Of a stretch of DNA of 64,000 bases, positions 21,475-32,223 are shown piece after piece. Below the pieces are notes generated by a model, which ran no database searches, was not told the origin of the DNA, and worked only from the letters and a program-made list of their open reading frames with translations. Position numbers and translations under genes: made by a program. Source of the stretch: an uncultured Collinsella sp. (GTDB taxonomy: Bacteria; Actinomycetota; Coriobacteriia; Coriobacteriales; Coriobacteriaceae); contig URYW01000003.1 of NCBI GenBank assembly GCA_900552145.1, forward strand, positions 4,736 through 68,735, written 5' to 3'. Numbering within the stretch: position 1 is the first letter of the stretch; every line of letters starts with the position of its first letter.

Positions 21475-22317
21475 ATGAAGACGACGTTCAAAAAATCCGT
21501 ACTCGCATTCCTGACATGCGTTCTGGCGCTCGCCTTTGCCCTGACGGGCTGCAGCGGCGGCGGCAAGGACCCCAAGGCCAACTTCGTCGGCAGCTGGCAG
21601 TACTCGGGTGGAACCTTGGATGGCGAAGAGCTCACCGATGAGTACATGGATATGCTCAAGGAGTGGGGCCTCAACTGCGTCCTGATCCTCGACGAGGACG
21701 GCACAGGCGTCCTCGATATGTTCCTTGAGGTCGCCGACCTGAAATGGGAAGCCAAGGACGCCACCACCGTAACGATCACCGCCGAAGATGAGTCGCACGA
21801 CCTGAAGCTCAAGGACGACAAGCTCGTCCTTGAGGTGGACGGCGACAAGCTTATCTTCACCAAGTCCGACAAGGATCTGTCCGGTACGGTAAAGAAGGAT
21901 CGCGAGGCGGCCGAGAAGGAAGAGGAGATCGATGAGGCCGTCGAAGACGACGATGTCCAGAGCGTCGAAATCTCCCCCGCCGCCACCGTCGCCGATGACG
22001 ATCTGTGCACCATCACCATCACCGAGAAGTTCAAGGACGACTGGGGCGATATCGGCTTTGTCGTCAACATCACCAACAAGAGCGACAAGGACCTGACCTT
22101 CTACGCTCCTTCCGGCAAGACCAACGTCAACGGCACCATGAAGGAAGCCTGGTTCTCGGCTCACCTGATGCCCGGCACCAACGCCACCGAAGAGTTCACC
22201 TTCTCGAACGGCACACTCGATAGCCTTGACGACCTCGTCAACACGACCATCGGCATCGATGCCTACCTGACCGATTCCTACGAGGACGTCGCCTCCTACA
22301 GCGCAACCATCGCGTAA
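21475..22317 (+). CDS. Hypothetical lipoprotein
   Basis: Signal peptide with LTGC lipobox; AGGAGG RBS. Confidence 0.8.
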   Translation: MKTTFKKSVLAFLTCVLALAFALTGCSGGGKDPKANFVGSWQYSGGTLDGEELTDEYMDMLKEWGLNCVLILDEDGTGVLDMFLEVADLKWEAKDATTVTITAEDESHDLKLKDDKLVLEVDGDKLIFTKSDKDLSGTVKKDREAAEKEEEIDEAVEDDDVQSVEISPAATVADDDLCTITITEKFKDDWGDIGFVVNITNKSDKDLTFYAPSGKTNVNGTMKEAWFSAHLMPGTNATEEFTFSNGTLDSLDDLVNTTIGIDAYLTDSYEDVASYSATIA

Positions 22318-22367
22318 CGGCAGACACCGATAGCCGCGGATTGGCGGACACATCCGCGCACATGTTA

Positions 22368-22408
22368 GGCGGGGCCGCAGGAGTTAATCCTGCGGCCCCG
22401 TCGTTTTT
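22368..22408 (+). terminator. Intrinsic terminator
   Basis: cggggccgcagga-gttaa-tcctgcggccccg followed by T-run; second hairpin at 22435-22475. Confidence 0.75.
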
Positions 22409-22511
22409 ATGCCGACAGCACCGCCCATACAAGCAGGCCGCCCGCCGTTTTTAGATACGAAACGGCGGGCGGCCTATCTTTACGGCGCCGGAACACGGGT
22501 GAGCGCACCGA

Positions 22512-23135
22512 CTACGGGCGCTCCATATTGGGGACGATGCTGCCTTCGGTCACCGCATGCACAGCAAGACGCATGATGTTATCGTAGCCGGTCTTGCTCA
22601 GGATCTCCGAGATGCGGCGCTTGATGGTGCCCTCACTCATAAACAGCTCGGCCGCGATCTCGCGGCGGCTTTTGCCCTCGCAGGCAAGGCGCAAAATCGA
22701 CAGCTCGACGTCGTCGAGTGCCGCCGTGCCCGAAAAAATGCTCTCGGGCGGCTTGGGAAACGTGCAATAGCCCGCCAGCGTGGAGCGCATCACGGCGAAC
22801 AGCTCGTCGATACCGACGTTCTTGTACACAAAGCTATCGACGCCCGCCTCGCGAGCCTGATCGACAAAGGTGATCTCGGGCATGCCCGTCATGATAATGA
22901 TGCGACACTCGGGCAGCTCCTCTTTAATGCGCGCCGCCGCCACGATGCCGTTGGAATCATGCTCGGTGCATACGTCCATCAGTATCATGTCCGGGCGCTC
23001 CCTGAGTACGACGTCGAGGGCTTCGGAAGCGTCGGCGATCGCGGCGACGACGGTCATATCGAGCTGGTCGCCAACGGAGCGCGCCAGGCTTTCGCGCAGG
23101 ATGGCCTGGTCTTCGACTATAAGGACGCGGATCAT
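22512..23135 (-). CDS. NarL/LuxR-type response regulator
   Basis: IRVLIVED, ILMD, FVYK receiver; C-terminal IAAELFMSEGTIK HTH. Confidence 0.9.
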   Translation of the reverse strand: MIRVLIVEDQAILRESLARSVGDQLDMTVVAAIADASEALDVVLRERPDMILMDVCTEHDSNGIVAAARIKEELPECRIIIMTGMPEITFVDQAREAGVDSFVYKNVGIDELFAVMRSTLAGYCTFPKPPESIFSGTAALDDVELSILRLACEGKSRREIAAELFMSEGTIKRRISEILSKTGYDNIMRLAVHAVTEGSIVPNMERP

Positions 23136-24625
23136 GAGCTTCTCCTTTGAGCTGTGGCGCTGGCGTTGAGCGGGATGGACACCGCAAGCGTAAAGAGCGG
23201 GGCGGCATGGACCTCTAGGCTGCCACCCAGATCTTGCGCGACATGCCTCATACCTGGGATACCCGTTCCCTCGCGATACGATACGGGTGCAGGCGCGCCG
23301 TCGTTAGAAACGACCATCCGCGCGACAGCGCCGTCTTCTGTCCCCTCCTGCCACAGGCGCACATGGACCTGATGGGCCTGTGCATGCTTGGTGGCATTGG
23401 TCGAGGCTTCGCGGATAATCTGCAAAAATGCTGCGGCGACACGCGCGTCGTTTGGCAGCTCGCCCTCCACATCGATCTGCACGCTCACTAGGCCAAAGGC
23501 ATGGACGATATCGCCCAATTGCTCTGCCGGTTCGGTGTCGCCCCCGCTGCGCAGATCGGCAGCGATTGAGCGCAGCAGCGGGTCGATCTGCTCGAGTGAC
23601 TCGTCATCCAGGCGCCCTTCCTCCAGATAACGATGGAGAATGGACAGGCGCTGCCCGATCACGTCGTGCACGCGAGCGCGCATACGCAGATAGGCCGCAT
23701 TGTCAGCAACTTTTTTGACTTCTTCGATCTGGGCTTGGAGCTCTTGGCCCGCAAGCTCAAGCAGGTGGTTGGCTTGCGCTAGGCGATCATGGGCATGCGC
23801 ATACTCTGTTACATCCAGACCGATAATGCGCTCGAAGAGGCGGCCCGAAACCATAACGTCATCGTGCACGAACAAGCGAATCTCGGCGGGAGAAACCTCG
23901 ACCACAACGCGCGCCTCACCAAAGCGGTCCAGATTAATCCGCACACGGTTCCTGCTGCTTTCGGGCATTTGCATGCTGAGTTTGCGCAGGTCGTTCCATG
24001 TACCGCTCATATCGCCTAGGTCGGTGGGCATATGAAGCTCCACCAGGTTTTTGCGCATGCAGCGGTTCATGAGCAGCGGACGGCCCCTCGGGTCCAGATA
24101 CAGGATGCCCACGGGAATCACGTTGATGGTCTCGATCGTCGAGAACATGGTGATATCCTCCTGGCGGTTGCGGACATCCATCAAGAGCGCCGCGATGGAA
24201 CGGAACAGGAAGAACGCTCCCTCTGCGATAAGGACAACGGTCCACGCCGAGCCCATGGCAAAAACCACCGGCGGTGTAACGGTGACAACAAGCAGCAGCT
24301 CGACCAGCATGACGGGGCGACGATAGCGCACCATAAGCACCACGCCGTAGGCAAAGATCACGGCATTGAGCCACAGCGCTCCGCCCATTGCCCTGGCGCA
24401 AACGTCAAGCGGCGCCACCAGATACGAGCCAGACGACGCGAATAAGATGAGCGCCGAAATCATCAGGTGAAGCACAAGACTCGCCTCGTAGGCGCAAATC
24501 ACCTTACGGTTATAGGACGAGCGGCGCGATGCGATGAGCGGGACGTGGATCGTCTGCAGACACGCAGCCAGGGCAAAGACAACATCGAGCGCAACGATTT
24601 GGGGAAGAATGAGCGAAATCTGCAT
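23132..24625 (-). CDS. Membrane sensor histidine kinase (HisKA_3-like)
   Basis: RVHDVIGQRLS, REASTNATKHA, NDG, GTGI; start approximate. Confidence 0.85.
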   Translation of the reverse strand: MQISLILPQIVALDVVFALAACLQTIHVPLIASRRSSYNRKVICAYEASLVLHLMISALILFASSGSYLVAPLDVCARAMGGALWLNAVIFAYGVVLMVRYRRPVMLVELLLVVTVTPPVVFAMGSAWTVVLIAEGAFFLFRSIAALLMDVRNRQEDITMFSTIETINVIPVGILYLDPRGRPLLMNRCMRKNLVELHMPTDLGDMSGTWNDLRKLSMQMPESSRNRVRINLDRFGEARVVVEVSPAEIRLFVHDDVMVSGRLFERIIGLDVTEYAHAHDRLAQANHLLELAGQELQAQIEEVKKVADNAAYLRMRARVHDVIGQRLSILHRYLEEGRLDDESLEQIDPLLRSIAADLRSGGDTEPAEQLGDIVHAFGLVSVQIDVEGELPNDARVAAAFLQIIREASTNATKHAQAHQVHVRLWQEGTEDGAVARMVVSNDGAPAPVSYREGTGIPGMRHVAQDLGGSLEVHAAPLFTLAVSIPLNASATAQRRSS

Positions 24626-24627
24626 CG

Positions 24628-26511
24628 TCACTCACCCGCCCTCGGCATCAAGACGATCATGCGCAGCTGGCCGGGCTCGCCCTCAAGGCGGTATGCCACG
24701 TTGCGCCCTTGCAGAGCGCTTTCGAGCTCTTGCGCAGCGGGCGTCTGCGAAAGATCTGCATCATCGTTGGAAAAAAGTGTGGCGCGCAGCTCGACACTGC
24801 ATCGGTCATGGTCGCCCAAGTGATACATAAGCGCCGGATGGTCGGTGGTGTAGGCAAAAAACGCAAAGTCATACACGCAGTCGTACAGGGCGCTTACCGT
24901 ACTGGCGTGCAACGGGCGCCGTATGGCGATAATCGAGGCGCAATCGATATCGATGGTGCGCAGGTCGCTTGCGAGCTCGTTGGCAATGAGCTGAATGCGG
25001 TCGCGATCAAAACCGCTCTCCCCGTGCTGTGCCAACGTGAGCGACCCCTTGCGCTTGCAATAGGCGACGAGCATCTTGGCGCGCTGCAGCATGCGGTAAC
25101 GCTCGTGCGAAGACGCTTCGTCGGTCAATGGCGGCAGCGAGCTCAACAGGTCGTACATCCCTTTGAACGCGCGGGCAAGCGCTTGGTCCACGTCTTGGAC
25201 CAGCAAGGTCTCGGCCTCTTGATCTGCCAGGTGCGTCTTAAGGTCGTAGTCGGCAGCGAGCAGCTCGTTTTGACGCTGCAGCTCCATGCGACGGTGTGCC
25301 AGTTCACGGTTAAGCTCGTTGAGATCCGACACGTCTTGGGCAAGCAGGGCCGATCCGCCCAGCAGTGGAAAGGCTCGGTACATCACATCGGGATTGGACT
25401 CCACGGCAAAGGCATGGGCATGCCCGTGTTCCTGGGCTCGCAGCTCTTCGCACACGCCCGCCGGCATTGGCTTTGACACCGGCGTGGCATAGACCTCCTG
25501 CAGGTCGCGCGTTAGAACTTTGAGGTCAAGCGGCAAGGTGTCGAAGATGCCGGCGATGTCGTGATATGACGGAATGACACCACAATCGAGACAGATTTCC
25601 ATCGCCACCACGCACAAGACGCAATAGATGAGCGAGAAGTTGAGCCTCCATGCCCAGGGCACGCGCAACGCATATGAGATGGCAAAGAACGCGCCGCCCA
25701 GCAGCACGAGCGCCGCCGTGCCCGAGAAACGTTGGATGCGAAAGGACGAGGACCGGCCCACCAGGATAAAAAAGGCCACAAAGTTAAAGGCCGTCCACAC
25801 GAGGACGGCGAAATAACCCCAGCCGTACGTGTAATCGTTGCTCCAGGTGTCGCTTGTACGGTCAAAGTGGAAGACCTGCTGGTGAAAATCGTTGGTGAGC
25901 ACAAATCCGATAAGCAGGATAGCCACAATCCACAGCGCAGCGCAGTAGCGGCGACCCAGGCGGTGTTGCTCCAGGCCCGCAAGGCGCAGACCACACAACT
26001 GGTAGAGCAGCGGAATGAGTGTCATGGGCACGTAGTACAGGTACCACAGCACGGTGGCATAGAACGGCGTGAACGACTTGTACTTGAGAATGACTTCGAT
26101 CATCCACAGGGCGCAGATGGTGGCGACGGCAACAAGGCGGCGGCGCAGCACATAGTCCAAACAGCGCAGATAGACCGATACGCCCCAGATCGAAAATATA
26201 ATTGCGGCGACAAGCAGCGGGAGAGAGCTCGAGTGGGCGAGCGCATCCACGACCTCTTCGGACACCTCGCTATAGGCGGGCACGGCGTTAGAAAGCTTGG
26301 GGTCGAAGGCGAACAGCGCCGGCAAGACTGCCAAAAGCATGAGGAACAGCGCGGTGATGGCGCCGGCGATAGCAAAGACGCGGTGGCGGTACACCTGATG
26401 TGTTATGCCAACAAGGAATCTCGGCATGGCGAAGAGCCTGCCGCCCCTGGGATCCGCAGCCGGTGCGGTCCGGGCGGCCGCGTGGCCGATATGTCGCTCG
26501 CGGGTACCCAT
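24628..26511 (-). CDS. Multi-TM sensor-like protein with degenerate kinase-like C-terminus
   Basis: WYLYYVP, LTNDFHQQVF, YGWGY 7TM-type sensor region; no recognisable H-box or N/G boxes; start uncertain (26511 or 26427). Confidence 0.65.
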   Translation of the reverse strand: MGTRERHIGHAAARTAPAADPRGGRLFAMPRFLVGITHQVYRHRVFAIAGAITALFLMLLAVLPALFAFDPKLSNAVPAYSEVSEEVVDALAHSSSLPLLVAAIIFSIWGVSVYLRCLDYVLRRRLVAVATICALWMIEVILKYKSFTPFYATVLWYLYYVPMTLIPLLYQLCGLRLAGLEQHRLGRRYCAALWIVAILLIGFVLTNDFHQQVFHFDRTSDTWSNDYTYGWGYFAVLVWTAFNFVAFFILVGRSSSFRIQRFSGTAALVLLGGAFFAISYALRVPWAWRLNFSLIYCVLCVVAMEICLDCGVIPSYHDIAGIFDTLPLDLKVLTRDLQEVYATPVSKPMPAGVCEELRAQEHGHAHAFAVESNPDVMYRAFPLLGGSALLAQDVSDLNELNRELAHRRMELQRQNELLAADYDLKTHLADQEAETLLVQDVDQALARAFKGMYDLLSSLPPLTDEASSHERYRMLQRAKMLVAYCKRKGSLTLAQHGESGFDRDRIQLIANELASDLRTIDIDCASIIAIRRPLHASTVSALYDCVYDFAFFAYTTDHPALMYHLGDHDRCSVELRATLFSNDDADLSQTPAAQELESALQGRNVAYRLEGEPGQLRMIVLMPRAGE

Positions 26512-26646
26512 AGTGCTTTTAGTGTACCGACAGATGGGTCGAAAAAGCGGGCCGCATGTCCCAAAATCCGCAGACGGCAAGGCGCCCGGCAAGCATTAAC
26601 TGCTCGCCGGGCGCCTTGGTCAGGAGGCTACGGTTATCGGGAAAGC

Positions 26647-28080
<1,434 letters not shown>

Positions 28081-28236
28081 TCAATCCTTTCGCACGCTGT
28101 TGTCATAGGCTCAGTATCCCTACAAACAACGCGTCGCTCAACGGCAACGACGCAGGCCGATACTTCTTTTCACGCGCGGGTGCTCGGCAGCCGCCCCGTC
28201 TGACACTTTTTGATACCCGCCTGCCCAAACCACCAA

Positions 28237-28481
28237 CCACCACAAAGGGGACGGGCACCTTTGTGGTGGTTTGGGCAGGTTTGTCTCGATCTGTAACAGT
28301 TAGGCAGCCAAAACCGGGCCTGGTGTTACAGATCGAGATTTTCGGACGGCCCTCTACGGTTTGTCTCGATCTGTAACAGGTAGAGACGATTTAGCCCGCT
28401 AGATGTTACAGATCGAAACAGAAGATTCTAGTCGCAGGCGATGTCGAGGTTCTTGCCGATGAGGTCCACGCAGCCGCCCTC
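28237..28481 (+). repeat. ~245-bp direct repeat copy 1 (REP hairpin + palindrome array + orphan DUF4867 3' end)
   Basis: Aligns along its whole length with 29658-29900. Confidence 0.9.
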
Positions 28482-28501
28482 TCCGGCGGGATATTTGACT
28501 G

Positions 28502-28538
28502 AATAGGAAAGAAAGGAAAAAATAGGAAAAAAAGGAAA
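28502..28538 (+). promoter_or_regulatory. Purine-rich tandem repeat (aataggaaaRaaaggaaa x2) before ATPase RBS
   Basis: 18-bp unit at 28502-28519 and 28521-28538. Confidence 0.45.
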
Positions 28539-28546
28539 GGAGACTC

Positions 28547-29653
28547 ATGACTGAAACCATCTTCTCCCCCTCATTTGGAAATCGCCCGTCCTATCTGGTG
28601 GGGCGCGGGAGCGTGATTTCGACATTCATCTCCGGCCTTGAGCAGGAGCCGGGCAATCGAGACCGAGCCATGCTCATGCTCGGCCAGCGAGGCAGCGGCA
28701 AAACGGTTCTGCTGTGGGAACTTGCCGATCGCGCACGCAAGCTCGGCTTTGTTGTCGCCACGCCCACCGTAGCCTCCGAGGATATGCTCGAGCGCATTGT
28801 TGAGAAAATCCAGGAAGCAGGCGAGCCGTACGTCAATAAACGCCGCCTTCCCAAACTCACAAGCGGCAGTCTAAGTGTTTTTGGGTTCTCGGCAGGCCTC
28901 GAGTTCACACGAGACGTGCAGGAGACCAAGAGCTTTCAGTTCAAACTCACGCAGCTCGCGCGCAAACTGACCGAGCAGGGACACGGCACCCTCATCCTCA
29001 TCGACGAGCTCCAAGCAAATTCACCCGAGATCAGACAGCTCGTCACCGCCTATCAAGAGCTCGTCGGCGAGGGACTCAACGTCGCGCTCGTCATGGCGGG
29101 CCTCCCGGGAGCAGTCTCCGCGACACTCAACGACCGCGTACTGACATTTCTCAACCGCGCATGCAAAGTCACGCTCGAACCGCTTTCAGTCGGAGATGTC
29201 GATGCATATTATCAACGGGCTTTCGAAGAGCTCAACCTTGATATTCCAGGCGATCTTCGCCTCCGTGCCGCTCGTGCAACCCAAGGTTCGCCCTATATGC
29301 TGCAGCTCATCGGCTACAACATCGCCAATCGTTGCGAGGCCGGAAAACGCGTAACGCCAGAGCAAGTCGACGGAGCTATCGAAGCGTCAAAGGCCGATTT
29401 CGAAAACGATGTTTGTGAAACGACGCTCGCCGCGCTATCGGACCAAGACGTCGCGTTTCTCGACGCAATGATTGATGACGAAGACGCCGTCTCGCGCATT
29501 TCCGATGTTGCGAAGCGCATGTCAGTCACACCCGACTATGCGCAAAAGTATCGCCGTCGCCTCATCGACGCCGGCGTTATCGAACAAGCGCGCCGCGGTT
29601 ACGTGCGTTTCGCTGTTCCATATATGGCCGACTATCTGCGCAGCCAGCTCTAG
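28547..29653 (+). CDS. AAA+/archaeal-type ATPase with C-terminal winged helix
   Basis: FSPSFG.RP.LVGR, Walker A GQRGSGKT, Walker B LILIDELQ, TQGSPYMLQ, YRRRLIDAGVI…RGYVRF. Confidence 0.85.
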   Translation: MTETIFSPSFGNRPSYLVGRGSVISTFISGLEQEPGNRDRAMLMLGQRGSGKTVLLWELADRARKLGFVVATPTVASEDMLERIVEKIQEAGEPYVNKRRLPKLTSGSLSVFGFSAGLEFTRDVQETKSFQFKLTQLARKLTEQGHGTLILIDELQANSPEIRQLVTAYQELVGEGLNVALVMAGLPGAVSATLNDRVLTFLNRACKVTLEPLSVGDVDAYYQRAFEELNLDIPGDLRLRAARATQGSPYMLQLIGYNIANRCEAGKRVTPEQVDGAIEASKADFENDVCETTLAALSDQDVAFLDAMIDDEDAVSRISDVAKRMSVTPDYAQKYRRRLIDAGVIEQARRGYVRFAVPYMADYLRSQL

Positions 29654-29657
29654 GCAG

Positions 29658-29900
29658 CCACCACAAAGGGGACAGGCACCTTTGTGGTGGTTGGGGCGGT
29701 TTGTCTCGATCTGTAACAGTTAGGCCGTCAAAATCGGGCCTGGTGTTACAGATCGAGATTTTCGGGCGGCCTCTACGGTATGTCTCGATCTGTAACAGGT
29801 AGAAACGATTTAGCCCGCTGGATGTTACAGATCGAGACAGAAGATTCTAGTCCACGGCGATGTCGAGGTTCTTACCGATGAGGCCCACATAACCGCCTTC
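29658..29900 (+). repeat. ~245-bp direct repeat copy 2 (includes the intact DUF4867 3' end)
   Basis: See 28237-28481. Confidence 0.9.
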
Positions 29901-30491
29901 GGCAGCCTTGGGGCTGTCAGCATGGCAGAGGACCCACTTGTCGGCCTTCCAGTAGCAGTAGCTGTCACCGGCGGCAGGCATGTCGGCTGCAGCCTCGGGG
30001 CGCGGGCCGTTGGTGCCGGCGGGCAGCGCCACCATCACCTGGAAGCCGCCGTCGTCGACCATGCAGGGCGTGTAGTGGAGCGTGGTGTTGAAAACCTCAA
30101 CAAGCGTGCCGGCCGGCACGCGGAACGCCTTGACGCACGCGGTATCGAGCTTGCCGTCCTCGATCTCCCAGCGATGCGCCACAAGCAGGATAAAGTCGCG
30201 GGCGCCCAGGTTGAACTCGCTCGCGCGGTGGTACTCCAGGCAGTCGAGACGCGTGTTGTGGCCGTTGCACCAGCCCAGCTGGAAGGGACGACCGCCAAAC
30301 ATGAGAAAGCCCAGCTTATCGGCATCCATGACACCCTCGAGCTCGGGCGCGGAGGCCACATACTTGCTGCCCTCGGGGACGGGCGTGGAGGCAAGTGCCT
30401 CGAGCACGGGCGACGTAAGCTCGGACGGAACGTTATCCCAAACGTTGCCATAGGACTTGAACTCGGGATCAGAGACAGAGTAGATATGCAT
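29847..30491 (-). CDS. DUF4867-family-like protein
   Basis: SVSDPEFKSYG, GWCNGHN.L.CLEYH.ASE, TTLHYTPC, ALPAGTN. Confidence 0.7.
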   Translation of the reverse strand: MHIYSVSDPEFKSYGNVWDNVPSELTSPVLEALASTPVPEGSKYVASAPELEGVMDADKLGFLMFGGRPFQLGWCNGHNTRLDCLEYHRASEFNLGARDFILLVAHRWEIEDGKLDTACVKAFRVPAGTLVEVFNTTLHYTPCMVDDGGFQVMVALPAGTNGPRPEAAADMPAAGDSYCYWKADKWVLCHADSPKAAEGGYVGLIGKNLDIAVD

Positions 30492-30564
30492 GTTCGCTCC
30501 TGTTCGTTTGTGTGACAGTATGAACATTCTAGAACAATCTTGTTCTGTTTTGAGCACTCGGCAT

Positions 30565-30597
30565 AAAAAAGCGCTCCGCAAAGAGCGGGAGCGCTTC
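30565..30597 (-). terminator. Intrinsic terminator after luxS
   Basis: aaaaaagcgctcc…ggagcgctt. Confidence 0.7.
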
Positions 30598-30626
30598 TGG
30601 CACAAACGTTATTCCTGCAAGCAGCC

Positions 30627-31115
30627 TTACGCCTGCTGATAGTGCAGGTGCTTCTCGTCGATATCGGCCAGGTCACGGTCGAGATAGCGGCGCGCGAGCC
30701 AGTTTGCCATGGGGAGGTTCTGGTCCAGGTAGTTACCGCACTCCTCGGGAGCGGCTCCGGGGACATCGCCCTCAAAGCCGGCGACAAACTCGAACAGCTC
30801 ACGCACGAGCGGCAGAATCTCCTCGCTCGTCACCTCGCCAAACACGACGAGATAAAAGCCCGTGCGGCAGCCCATGGGGCCAAAGTAGACAATGCGGCTC
30901 GACCACTCGGCATGATTGCGAAGGAACGTCGCGCCCAAGTGCTCGATGGTGTGGCACTCGGCCGTGTTCATAACCGGCTCCTTATTGGGCGTGGTCAGGC
31001 GCAGGTCAAAGGTGGTGACGGCGGCGCCGGTCGCCGGATCGCGGTCGATGCGGCTCACATACACGCCGGGCTCAAGCAGCAGATGGTCAACGGAAAAACT
31101 CGCGATGCGCTCCAT
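30627..31115 (-). CDS. luxS: S-ribosylhomocysteine lyase
   Basis: SFSVDH, HTIEH, GPMGCRTGFY, CGNY. Confidence 0.97.
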   Translation of the reverse strand: MERIASFSVDHLLLEPGVYVSRIDRDPATGAAVTTFDLRLTTPNKEPVMNTAECHTIEHLGATFLRNHAEWSSRIVYFGPMGCRTGFYLVVFGEVTSEEILPLVRELFEFVAGFEGDVPGAAPEECGNYLDQNLPMANWLARRYLDRDLADIDEKHLHYQQA

Positions 31116-31135
31116 GGAAAATCCTCTCGATAGTC

Positions 31136-31211
31136 AAATTGGGACGAGGCTCTTTTAGCTGGTTCGAATGGTCGCACCAATCATACCAGTCAAAAAAGCC
31201 CCGTCCCAAAA
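31136..31211. repeat. Inverted pair of GGGAC-type REP-like units
   Basis: ttgggacgaggctctttt…aaaaaagccccgtcccaa; same family as 12485-12595. Confidence 0.65.
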
Positions 31212-31218
31212 AGACAAC

Positions 31219-32193
31219 TTAGCCCAGGACGCGGGCCATGCGCGTCTTGAACTCGGACAGGAAGCGCGGGGCATCCACGGTCAGCGCCACAAGCGCGCTC
31301 TTGTCCGGATCGGATAGGCGGCGCTCGTCGCAAATGGTGCGGCCTCGATACTCGCCCAGCAGATCAACACGCAGATTACAGCCGAGCGCGCCCACGAGCG
31401 TGGGGTCGATCGCCACGGCAACGGCCAGCGGATCGTGCAGCGCACAACCACCCAGGTAGGGGGCGTTCATCTCGTACGAGCCAATGTAGTGCTCCACCAT
31501 GCTCGCAAACGCGCAACCGGCCATGGTGCCCGAGCCCGTCCAGCCGGCAATGTCGCGACGCGTGAGCACCACGCGATGCGTCACATCCAGACCCACCATA
31601 GTGAGCTTGCGGCCCGAACGCAGCACGGCATCGGCCGCCTCGGGATCGCTTGCCATGTTGGCCTCGGCACCCGCACTCACGTTTCCGGGCACGGTAAGCG
31701 CACCGCCCATCACAACCACGCGACCGATAGACATCATCGCCGCCGCATCGCGCTCCAAGGCAAGTGCCAGGTTGGAGAGCGGACCGGTCGCCACGTAGAT
31801 CAGATCGGGGCCATAGGTGCGCGCGGCATCGATCAGATAATCGACCGCCGCGTTGCCATCAGCCGACGTCGCCCCCACCGGCTCGTACGGCGACGCGGGC
31901 ACGCTCGCCCCGCCAATGCCGTTCTTGCCGTGGATGAGCGTGGTGGACGCCGGCGGTGTATAGGGCTCAGTCGCCTTAATGGGACGATCGGCGCCCAGGT
32001 ACACCGGAATCTCGGGGCGACCCAGCAGATCGAGCACTGCCAGGCAGTTGTGCGCCGATTGCTCGACGCGCACGTTGCCAAAGCACGTGGTGATGCCCAC
32101 GAGCTCCACCTCGGGGCTCGCGATGGCATAGGCAAGCGCCATCGCATCGTCCACGCCCATATCCAGATCAAGGATCAGCTTCTTGATTGCCAT
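31219..32193 (-). CDS. Nucleoside hydrolase (IU-NH family)
   Basis: ILDLDMGVDDA, HGKNG, TGPLSN, MGGA, AEAN..DPEAA, LHDP. Confidence 0.93.
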   Translation of the reverse strand: MAIKKLILDLDMGVDDAMALAYAIASPEVELVGITTCFGNVRVEQSAHNCLAVLDLLGRPEIPVYLGADRPIKATEPYTPPASTTLIHGKNGIGGASVPASPYEPVGATSADGNAAVDYLIDAARTYGPDLIYVATGPLSNLALALERDAAAMMSIGRVVVMGGALTVPGNVSAGAEANMASDPEAADAVLRSGRKLTMVGLDVTHRVVLTRRDIAGWTGSGTMAGCAFASMVEHYIGSYEMNAPYLGGCALHDPLAVAVAIDPTLVGALGCNLRVDLLGEYRGRTICDERRLSDPDKSALVALTVDAPRFLSEFKTRMARVLG

Positions 32194-32223
32194 TGTTCTA
32201 CTCCGCTTCTCCGTCTTTATCGT

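Noticed and set aside
28284..28418. Possible mini-CRISPR
   Set aside because: The 15-bp motif is too short and alternates orientation; kept as a separate non-CRISPR finding.
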